From an uncultured Gemmatimonadales bacterium (lineage in GTDB: Bacteria; Gemmatimonadota; Gemmatimonadetes; Palauibacterales; Palauibacteraceae), in NCBI GenBank assembly GCA_963783385.1, contig CAWANJ010000009.1, forward strand, positions 864,001 through 928,000: 64,000 nt of DNA. The letters are read 5' to 3'. The notes under the pieces are model-generated. The model worked only from the letters and a program-made list of their open reading frames with translations, was not told the origin of the DNA and made no database searches. The translations under genes were made by a program, and so were the position numbers. Positions 8,963 through 16,812 of the stretch are shown here, piece after piece. Within the stretch, counting starts at the first letter, position 1. Each line of letters begins with the position of its first letter.

Positions 8963-9601
8963 ATGGCGACCGACATCGTGCTGACGCAAGACGAGGTGCA
9001 GCTCATCGGCCAGGTCTCGGGCCGGTCCAAGGAGGACGCCGAGGACACGTTCAAGCTCGATACCGTCCACGGGAACCTCCGCCTCGGAAGGGGACAGCAG
9101 GATGGCGACGTGTTCCTGGACGACGGAGAGGGCAAGAGGCGCGTGCACCTGTCGGCAGGTGAGCAGAGCCGGGACGCCAGCGTCCGTGTTCTGGTGGACG
9201 GCAGTCTCGGCAACGTGACCTTGGGCGGGGACGACGCCGACGGCGACCTCGTGATGCTCGACGGTCACGGCACGGCGACCGTCCATATCACGGCGGGCGG
9301 CGGTCCCATCCAGAGCACAGCCCGGGTCCTCCTGGACGCGGAACACGGGGTCTTCGTTCTGCGGAATCACGAAAACGACGTGATCCTGGATGTCCGCGGC
9401 AACGCGCTCAAAGTGACCACGACCGGCGGCATGGTCGTACAGGCCGGGCACACATCGACCTTCCTCGGGCCCAACGGGGCCATGGTCGTTGGCGGTGGGA
9501 AGCGGGTGGAGATCACGCCCGGAGACGTGAAGGTCCACACGGGCGACAAAACCATCTCCCTGACCGACCTCGAGGAGCGAGTCGCGGCCCTCGAAGGCTG
9601 A
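8963..9601 (+). CDS. Hypothetical protein with ~46-aa beta-rich tandem repeats and C-terminal coiled coil (spike/fibre-like)
   Basis: Repeats LDTVHGNLRLG..DGDVFLDDGEG..VHLSAG / VDGSLGNVTLG..DGDLVMLDGHG..VHITAG; ends LTDLEERVAALEG. Confidence 0.7.
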   Translation: MATDIVLTQDEVQLIGQVSGRSKEDAEDTFKLDTVHGNLRLGRGQQDGDVFLDDGEGKRRVHLSAGEQSRDASVRVLVDGSLGNVTLGGDDADGDLVMLDGHGTATVHITAGGGPIQSTARVLLDAEHGVFVLRNHENDVILDVRGNALKVTTTGGMVVQAGHTSTFLGPNGAMVVGGGKRVEITPGDVKVHTGDKTISLTDLEERVAALEG

Positions 9602-9661
9602 GGGGCTCGGCCACCTTCCCCAGATCCCGACGCTCGCCTCACTTCTCGAAGGAGACCGTCC

Positions 9662-11311
9662 GTGCGAATCGTGGCCATTGGGGACTCCGTCGTGTGGGGA
9701 CAGGGGCTCCTCCACGAAGACAAGTTCGTCCGCATCGTAGCCGATCAGCTGGGCGGGGACCTCGAGGTTCCCGGGGACTTCCTGGCCCATTCCGGCGCGG
9801 TGATCGGACCGGCGGACCCCGACGGCTGCCAGGGGGTGGACGCCCGGATCACGGATTTCACGGCGCGCGGGGAGGTGCCCTGTGACGCACCGACCGTCGT
9901 CAAACAGCTGGCGGACGTCACGGACCCGGAGAGCGTGGACCTGCTCATCCTGGACGGAGGGGCCAACGACCTCGAGTCGGGCTTCTTCATGACCCTCGTG
10001 GACCCCCTCAAGACGCTCCCCGGGTTGGAGCGAAAGATGGGGCGTGCCTTCCTCGGGGTGCCGGCTCTCATCGCCAAGGCCCGAGCTCGATGCCCGAACG
10101 CCGTGATCGTCTACACGGGCTACTACGCCGGGGTCTCCCGGGAGACCGACACGCGCGCCATCGACAAGCTAGCTTTTCTCCAGTTCATGTCCAACAACGC
10201 GGTCACGGCGCTCGCCCTCGTCGCCGCACGGAACTCGATCGTCATCAACAACCTGTTCTTCGGACACGACCAGCTCCGCCGGATCCGCAGGGCCGTGTCC
10301 GAAGCCATGTCGGACCCGGAGGTTCGGGGACCCGGCATCCTTTTCGCCCACCCCAGGTTCGCGTCCACGAACGCCCTTGGCGCCCGCGGAGGCGACGGGT
10401 GGGTCCAGCTGGTGCTGGGGACGTACATCGACGACGCCCAGTTCGACGTCCGCAAGGTAGCCTGCAGGATCCAATACGGTCCCGATGCGGATGCCCTCCT
10501 CGCGCAACTCGATAACGCGGCGCGGGACGGCCCGCCTCGTGCGGTCGGCCCCGAGCTCCTGGCCCTGCGGGAGGAGCTGCTGGGCGAGCCGTTCGAGCGA
10601 TTCACCTGCCAGATCGCGGGGAACTTCCATCCCACGGTGGAGGGGGCTCGGAAGGGCTACGCCAGGGCGGTCCTCGATGCGTTCCATTCGAATCAAACGA
10701 TCTCGGTCGGCGACCTGGCGCACGAGCTCGCACCGACCACCGGTTCGGTGCGACGAGGCCTGCGCCGGTACGGCCTCGATGGACTCGCCGATCAACAGGG
10801 CAACGTGAGCCTCCGAGACGTGAACCAGCACCTGGTGGCCGACGTGCTCATGGTGGCGGTCCAGACCGGTCACCGGGATGGTCCGTTCGGAGGCGGCGAA
10901 GGAACGGACCACGAGATCCACCTGGACCTGGGGCGCCGCTCCTGGCACCTGACGAGGGCGGCCGGGCGTAGTCGGCATCGACATCCCGTCAACGAGTTCC
11001 AGGCGAGCGAGGAGCCTCACCTGTTCACGGTGGATCCGTCATACGCTCCGGACGATGGAGCTGGGGAGGGCGAGCCCCTGAGGCTCTCGGACATCACCCG
11101 GGTCCGGATCCGAAAAGTGGTGGATCAGCCCGCCGTGTCACCCGACCTCTTCCTGGGCAACGTCATGCTCACTCTGAACGAGCGCGTCGTCATCTACGAC
11201 GCCAGCGGAGGCTCGGGCTCCGCCGACGCCATCGACAAGGCGCTGACGCATGACGATCCCACGTGGACCTCGGGCGAGCAGGATACTCCCTTGTATCCGC
11301 TTCCCGAGTAG
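9662..11311 (+). CDS. SGNH/GDSL hydrolase with C-terminal PLAT-like domain
   Basis: GDSVVWGQG, AHSGA, LDGGAND, FHP; C-terminal VQTG...EGTDHEIHLDL...NEFQ resembles PLAT/LH2; GGAG RBS. Confidence 0.8.
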   Translation: MRIVAIGDSVVWGQGLLHEDKFVRIVADQLGGDLEVPGDFLAHSGAVIGPADPDGCQGVDARITDFTARGEVPCDAPTVVKQLADVTDPESVDLLILDGGANDLESGFFMTLVDPLKTLPGLERKMGRAFLGVPALIAKARARCPNAVIVYTGYYAGVSRETDTRAIDKLAFLQFMSNNAVTALALVAARNSIVINNLFFGHDQLRRIRRAVSEAMSDPEVRGPGILFAHPRFASTNALGARGGDGWVQLVLGTYIDDAQFDVRKVACRIQYGPDADALLAQLDNAARDGPPRAVGPELLALREELLGEPFERFTCQIAGNFHPTVEGARKGYARAVLDAFHSNQTISVGDLAHELAPTTGSVRRGLRRYGLDGLADQQGNVSLRDVNQHLVADVLMVAVQTGHRDGPFGGGEGTDHEIHLDLGRRSWHLTRAAGRSRHRHPVNEFQASEEPHLFTVDPSYAPDDGAGEGEPLRLSDITRVRIRKVVDQPAVSPDLFLGNVMLTLNERVVIYDASGGSGSADAIDKALTHDDPTWTSGEQDTPLYPLPE

Positions 11312-11336
11312 CCGACCGATATAGCCGGGAGGCGAG

Positions 11337-11714
11337 ATGGCCAAGCAAACAGCCAGGGTGGGCGGCGTGCGGGTCGTGTTCCGGACCTTCGACCTGAACC
11401 TGGGCGTCTTCCGGCGCATGGGGTGTAGCGTTCACCTCAAGGGGGGGCGCCGGACGACCGGCGACATCCACCTTGTGAACACGTACTACGCATCGGTGGA
11501 CGGGGTCACCCTGGACGTGGCGACGGTCGAGAAGGAGCGCCGGGGCGTGAAGCACTGTTCCCTCGCCGACTTCTGGGTCGGTCTCTCGGCCACGGTCGAC
11601 ACGGGAGGTGACGTGTCTCCCGGCTCCGCTCCACAGGCGTCCGTGGACGGAGTCAGGACCGCCGCCATGGTCGTCGTGAACGGTGAGAGCCACAGGTTCA
11701 CGGGAGAGACCTGA
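11337..11714 (+). CDS. Hypothetical beta-rich protein
   Basis: GGAGG RBS, 125-aa ORF directly downstream of the SGNH gene. Confidence 0.65.
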   Translation: MAKQTARVGGVRVVFRTFDLNLGVFRRMGCSVHLKGGRRTTGDIHLVNTYYASVDGVTLDVATVEKERRGVKHCSLADFWVGLSATVDTGGDVSPGSAPQASVDGVRTAAMVVVNGESHRFTGET

Positions 11715-11847
11715 CCGGAATCCGGGCGTCCCTTACGGCTCCGGGCACCCTCACGGATGACCCCGGCAACCCGCACCTCCCTGACCGGGCAGCCGATCCA
11801 TCCCCGGCGGCGCGGCTCGCGATCACGACCACCATGCAGGAGGCGCC

Positions 11848-12883
11848 GTGACGTCCACGCTAGCGGAGGCGCTCCACGACATCGGCCTCGCGCCGCCCTT
11901 CAGCTGGCGCAGGACCATCACCGGCCCGCGCCCCCGCCGTCTGAGTGAGCTCATCGCCGCATGCCGCCCGCCGCGCATGGCCGATTGGACCAATCCCACC
12001 AGGTCTCGGGTCGAGAACCAGGACTACACCGAGGAAGCCAACGGTATGGTCACGGACGGATCGGCCTGGTATGTCACGAGCAACGCTGATGATCGGCGAG
12101 AGGGACTGTACAAGCTGAGTTCTGGGTTTCGACGTGCTCGGCAGGCTCGCCGCGCCGCTCGATCCGGACGATACCCATTCGGGTTCCCTGTGTGTCCGCG
12201 ACGGGCTGCTCTACGTGCCCTGCCAGCGACGCTACGGCATCTGGGTCGTCTCTTCGGATCTCCAGTCCAGCACCTTCCTAGCCATCGACCAGCTCCCCGA
12301 CGGTGACCTGTTCGCGTGGTGCGACATCCACCCCGCCAACGGGCTGATCTACACCTGCAATTTTTCCAACCCCACGCAAATGCGGGCCTACGAGATCGCC
12401 AGCACGCAGGCGGTCTACCGCCCGGAGCAAGATATCCCGATCCTCCAGCCCGGAGACGGAAAACGCACCGACCAGGTACAGTCGGCGTGCTTCACTTCGC
12501 ATCACAGGTGGTTCGCCGTCTGCGACGTCGATGGTGCCGAGCGCATCCACTGTCACACGACCCTCACCGGACGGTTCCTGGATCGCCGTACCCTGCGCGC
12601 CAGCGCCGACGAGGACACCTGGCCTCATAGTCAACCTGAGGGCCGCTGGCCACGTAACGAGCTCGAGGGCATTCGGATTCACCCACTCCAGACCACCGAC
12701 GGAACGCCCGTGGAAGTGCATGTCCTGGAGCTCAACAACGAAGTGGGCTCGCCGGACGACATCTACCTCTGGCACTTCTCCGCGCCGGACCCTTCCGCGC
12801 TGTGGGCGGCGCATTCTCAGGCCCACGGGATCATTTTCTCGAACCTGGCTCGACCCGTCGTCCGCTTGGGCCTGCTGGCGTAG
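11848..12883 (+). CDS. Hypothetical beta-propeller-like protein, frameshifted near 12129
   Basis: AGGAGG RBS; ...GLYKLSSGF continues as DVLGRLAAP... in the 12134-12883 frame after a +1 base; repeated short beta-strand motifs. Confidence 0.55.
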
Positions 12884-12894
12884 GGGACCGGGAC

Positions 12895-13033
12895 CGGCGG
12901 GCGATCGAGATTTCGACCCGCGCCTGGGCCAGGCCGAGGGCTCGGACGCGTGGCCCTTCCTCCTCGGCGACGTCGAGCGCACAGTGCGGCGCATGCCTCT
13001 CTGGAAGCTCCAGACCGTGGGGAGCCGGAAGCT
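12895..13033 (+). pseudogene. HNH-endonuclease-family internal fragment truncated at the 49-bp repeat
   Basis: LLGDVERTVRRMPLWKLQTVG resembles the MPLxKLQxxG motif I associate with the N-terminal part of a group of HNH proteins. Confidence 0.4.
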
Positions 13034-13079
13034 CGCCTCCACAGTCGTCGGTCATGGCGGCACCGAACCACAAGTCGCT
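13031..13079 (+). repeat. 49-bp perfect direct repeat, copy 2
   Basis: Identical to 3536-3584. Confidence 0.95.
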
Positions 13080-13241
13080 GGGCGGAGGGGAGCGATGGTT
13101 CGGAACCGCTTTCGCGGTCGAGACCCGCCGGGTCGCCGTACGGGCCGACGCGAGCACGGGACGTGGTGACCTAACGTGAGCTCGCGCCGATGCCGCTGCG
13201 GACGTTCGCCCCTGACGCCGGGGGAGGATCCGATCCGGAAC

Positions 13242-13301
13242 CTGGGCACCCTGAGCCATAAGGTGGCGATCCTGGCGCAGACGCCGGTCCTCCTCATCTG
13301 A
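13242..13301 (+). pseudogene. Universal stress protein C-terminal remnant
   Basis: LGTLSHKVAILAQTPVLLI* matches the USP terminal motif LGSVSxxV...PVL. Confidence 0.5.
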
Positions 13302-13354
13302 GCGGGTATGAGAAGTGCGGGGTGTGGAGAGCATCCACGGAGAGGAGGAAAGCG

Positions 13355-13720
13355 ATGGTGAGGAACGGCTTTCGCAGTCGAGACCGGTCCAAAGCGCGGA
13401 TCGGACTCCTGCTGGTGGCGGTCGCGGCGCTCGGGGCCTGCAGTTCGACCACCCAGATCGGAGACCTGCTGGCCGATCCGGGGCGATACGATGGGCGCAA
13501 GGTCCGGGTCGAGGGGGAGGTGGGCTCCTCGGTCGGGCTCCTGGGTCACGGGGCCTACCAGATCGACGACGGGACCGGCTCGCTCCCGGTGGTGAGCAAG
13601 CAGTTCGGCGTGCCGGCCCAGAGGACGCATGTCACGGTGGAGGGGATCTTCCACGCCCTGTTCACGCTGGGGTCGCGCAGCGTGGCGATCCTGGAGCAGA
13701 CGCGCAGCGTCATCCCCTGA
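13355..13720 (+). CDS. OB-fold lipoprotein
   Basis: GAGGAGG RBS; lipobox LGAC; IGDLLADPGRYDGRKVRVEGEV...YQIDDGTG. Confidence 0.8.
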   Translation: MVRNGFRSRDRSKARIGLLLVAVAALGACSSTTQIGDLLADPGRYDGRKVRVEGEVGSSVGLLGHGAYQIDDGTGSLPVVSKQFGVPAQRTHVTVEGIFHALFTLGSRSVAILEQTRSVIP

Positions 13721-13892
13721 CGACGCGACCGCTCTCCGGCCGGTCCCGCCGCCCGCTCGAGAGACTCGGGGCGTCTCGCGCGCCTTCCACTTCCGCCCGC
13801 GTGAGATACGTTTCCAGGTGGGTCCGGACGAGGCGGTGCAGGACCGTTCGTTCGGGGCGCCGGCGGCGGTACACGCCTGAACTCCCGGCCAT
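13710..13892 (-). mobile_element. IS91-family (Y2) transposase N-terminal remnant
   Basis: GVYRRRRPERTVLHRLVRTHLETYL resembles the segment preceding the Zn-binding domain of IS91/ISCR-type transposases; it is truncated. Confidence 0.6.
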
Positions 13893-14076
13893 GCCACAGG
13901 GCTCTCGGGCCTCTGCCTGAACCTCCCCCCCGTGCGCGGCCGCGATCCACCCTGGTCCGGTCTATGCCGTCGAGGATGGCTGGAGGGCGCTGGCCCGCTG
14001 TCTGCCCCGGCATTCCGAAGGGAGCTCCGTCGCCACCAGCGCGGCCGGCCGGCGCCGCCAGTCGTTGCGGTGCAAG

Positions 14077-14160
14077 CGGAGGGGGTGGGATTCGAACCCA
14101 CATGGGGCTTTCGCCCCGCCGGTTTTCAAGACCGGTGCATTGCCGTTCTGCCACCCCTCC
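14077..14160 (-). tRNA. tRNA-Ser (anticodon UGA), CCA not encoded
   Basis: GGAGGGG/CCCCTCC acceptor stem, CCGGT-CTTGAAA-ACCGG anticodon arm, long variable arm GGGGC-GAAA-GCCCC, GGTTCGAATCC T-arm, G discriminator. Confidence 0.97.
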
Positions 14161-14267
14161 GGCACGGCCAAGCTAACGCGGTTCGTCCGGGCTTCCCACC
14201 GGTCGGCGGTGCGGGAACGTGACATCCGCCCGACACCATGCGCTGCGCCCGGCCAACACGGCCGACC

Positions 14268-14345
14268 TTTTGTTGAAACTATTAGATGCTAGAAATTATA
14301 TAACGAATTATATTAGAACCACTTACAGATGTCGCACAGCTGGCA
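14268..14345. promoter_or_regulatory. Strongly AT-rich intergenic segment (promoter or protein-binding region)
   Basis: ttgttgaaactattagatgctagaaattatataacgaattatattagaaccacttaca lies between the divergent tRNA and methyltransferase. Confidence 0.45.
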
Positions 14346-14636
14346 TTCTCCATGCATCTCTGTCCGTTTCGACATGACAACCGACAGGACGTTCTCCAGC
14401 CTCCCCTGGACGGGCCGTCTCCGCGCTTCGGTCGCAGGGACGGCCTCCGGGCAGCAGACGCGCGGAGGGCGTCCTCCGAGGTCGTCCGCGCGTCCCCCCT
14501 CCGCTTCTCCCCGCTCCGTGCACCAGCCGCATGACGCCTCCATTCCCCGTTCCGCGTCCGTCGCAGGAGCGACACGAAGGGCGCGCCGATCCCGCGCGGG
14601 CCGGCGCGCGATCTCCCCAGAAAGGACAGCTCGGAC

Positions 14637-15425
14637 ATGAACCCTCAGGCGCAGCATAGAGCGGACTCGGCCGCACCCTTCCCGTTCACCACCCGGCTAG
14701 CGCAGATGGTCCGCCGGGTCGCACGACGGATCAGCCCCGACGGAAGACCGGACCGACGCCTGGACGCGCCCGAGTGGTGGGACCGGATCTACCGGAATCG
14801 GGGACCGTTCGCCGCCTCGGGGCACTACGGGGCACCGGAGGACCTCAACGCACAAGGCTTCTCCGACCGCTGGAGGACGCTGAGAGACGTGATCGAGGCG
14901 CACACCGCGCCGGGCCATCGTCTTCTCGAAGTGGGCTGTGGCAACGGGCGCATGACCCGCGAGCTACTCGCCATGGGGTTCGACGTGACCGCCTTCGACG
15001 TCTCGGACGAGGCCCTCCGCCTGGCCCGTAGCTACGTCGGTGCGACCGCGCCCTGCCGGTGGCTGCGGTCCTCGGCCACCACGTTCGACTCGGAGATCCG
15101 GTTCGATGCCGTGCTGTGTGCGGGCGTGCTATGCGCTGTCGTCGACGACGACGAGCACGCGCGCGCCGTGGCCAATCTCGTCCGCCACGTTGCCCCGGGG
15201 GGTCGCTTCATCCTCGAGGAGATCATGATTCCCCTGGTCGATGTGGCCGACCATCCTTACCAGCCGGGCTCCCGCATCCGGCTGCGGACCCAGGAAGCCT
15301 ACGAAGCCCTGCTGGAGGAGGCCGGCTACCGTGCTCTCGACGTCGTCTACCACGTGAATCCGGTTTTCCACCAGACCTGGACCCTCATGGTGTTCGCGCG
15401 AGACGGAGTCGAGCTCGTCGACTAG
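14637..15425 (+). CDS. Class I SAM-dependent methyltransferase
   Basis: LLEVGCGNG, AFDVS, FDAVLC, APGG motifs. Confidence 0.9.
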   Translation: MNPQAQHRADSAAPFPFTTRLAQMVRRVARRISPDGRPDRRLDAPEWWDRIYRNRGPFAASGHYGAPEDLNAQGFSDRWRTLRDVIEAHTAPGHRLLEVGCGNGRMTRELLAMGFDVTAFDVSDEALRLARSYVGATAPCRWLRSSATTFDSEIRFDAVLCAGVLCAVVDDDEHARAVANLVRHVAPGGRFILEEIMIPLVDVADHPYQPGSRIRLRTQEAYEALLEEAGYRALDVVYHVNPVFHQTWTLMVFARDGVELVD

Positions 15426-15477
15426 GGCGGCACGGACCCCGTGGCGCTCCGGGGCGCCACGACCTACCCTGCCCGAC

Positions 15478-16731
15478 ATGCCGCAGGAACCGTCCTCCCG
15501 TCCCTCGCTCCGCGAAACGCTCTCCGGGAACCCCCTCGGCCTGGGGATCACCTCCTTCTGGGCGGACGTGGCGGGAGAGATGATGTACCCGCTCCTTCCG
15601 GCGTTCCTCACGGTCGTGCTGGGCGCCAACGCGGCCTTCCTGGGCCTCGTGGAAGGCGTGGCGGAGAGCACGGCCAGCCTGCTCAAGCTGGGCGGCGGCT
15701 GGCTCTCGGACCGGCTGGGCGTCCGCAAGCCCCTGGCGGCGTGGGGCTACGGCATCGCGGCCGTAGCCCGGCCCCTCCTCGCCCTGGTGACGGCGCCCTG
15801 GCAGCTCCTCGTCGCCCGGGCCGCCGACCGTGCCGGCAAGGGGATCCGCGCCGCGCCGCGCGACGCTCTCCTCGCCGGGTCGGTGGACGCGGAGCGGAGG
15901 GGCGTGGCCTTCGGCTTCCAGCGGGCCATGGACAATGCGGGAGCCGTGGTGGGCCCTCTCGTGGCCGCCGGCCTCATGGCCCTGTGGGCCGGGGGCTACC
16001 GGCGCGTGTTCGCGCTCTCGGCGGTTCCGGGCGTGCTCTCGGTCCTGGCCGTCCTGCGCCTGACGCGGGAGGTCGGGCCAGGCGGGGCCGCGGCGGGCCT
16101 CGGACCCGAGGCGGTCGGCGGCGCGGAGCCCGAAGGTCCCGCCCTGCCCTCCCGCCCGCGCCTGTCGCTCACCGCGTTCGGCGAACCCTTCCGGGGCTAC
16201 CTGGGCGCCGTCTTCCTGTTCACCCTCGGCAACTCCTCGGATGCCTTCCTCCTGCTGCGGGCGGGACAGCTCGGCGTGGCCACCGCCGCCATCCCCCTCC
16301 TGTGGGCCGCGTTCAACCTCTCGAAGACCGTGTGGAACCTGCCCGGAGGCGCACTGTCGGACCGGCTCGGACCCCGGCGTTCGATCCTGCTCGGCTGGGG
16401 CCTGTACGCGCTCGTGTACGCGGGCTTCGCGCTCGCCGGCCATACGTGGCACGCCTGGGCGCTGTTTCTCGTGTACGGGCTGTTCTACGGGCTCACGGAG
16501 GCGCCGGAGCGGGCCTACGTGGCCCAGATGGCACCCGAGGAGCTCCGCAGCATGGCCTACGGCACCTTCCACTTCGCGGTCGGGCTCGCCGCCCTGCCCG
16601 CCAGCCTCCTGTTCGGGGCCGTGTGGGAGATGGTGAGCCCCTCCGCGGCGTTCCTGGTGGGGGCGGGGCTCGGGGTGGCCGCGGCGATCCTCCTGACCCT
16701 GCTCACGCCGTCGCGGCCGGCACCCGCCTAG
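15478..16731 (+). CDS. MFS transporter
   Basis: 12 TM; GWLSDRLG, DRAGKGIRAAPRDALLA, RAMDNAGA. Confidence 0.92.
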   Translation: MPQEPSSRPSLRETLSGNPLGLGITSFWADVAGEMMYPLLPAFLTVVLGANAAFLGLVEGVAESTASLLKLGGGWLSDRLGVRKPLAAWGYGIAAVARPLLALVTAPWQLLVARAADRAGKGIRAAPRDALLAGSVDAERRGVAFGFQRAMDNAGAVVGPLVAAGLMALWAGGYRRVFALSAVPGVLSVLAVLRLTREVGPGGAAAGLGPEAVGGAEPEGPALPSRPRLSLTAFGEPFRGYLGAVFLFTLGNSSDAFLLLRAGQLGVATAAIPLLWAAFNLSKTVWNLPGGALSDRLGPRRSILLGWGLYALVYAGFALAGHTWHAWALFLVYGLFYGLTEAPERAYVAQMAPEELRSMAYGTFHFAVGLAALPASLLFGAVWEMVSPSAAFLVGAGLGVAAAILLTLLTPSRPAPA

Positions 16732-16812
16732 CGCCGCGGCGCGGGGCGGGTGCCGGAACCCCGGACCGGGGCGCGCCGGGAGGGAGGCCGACGGCTCCCG
16801 GAAACGGCGGCC

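Larger units (their letters stand above)
3314..14160. mobile_element. Decayed genomic island integrated at tRNA-Ser(UGA)
   Basis: Bounded by the tRNA and its partial duplicate; contains pseudogenes, an IS91-type remnant and less biased codon usage than flanking core genes. No integrase is seen. Confidence 0.75.
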
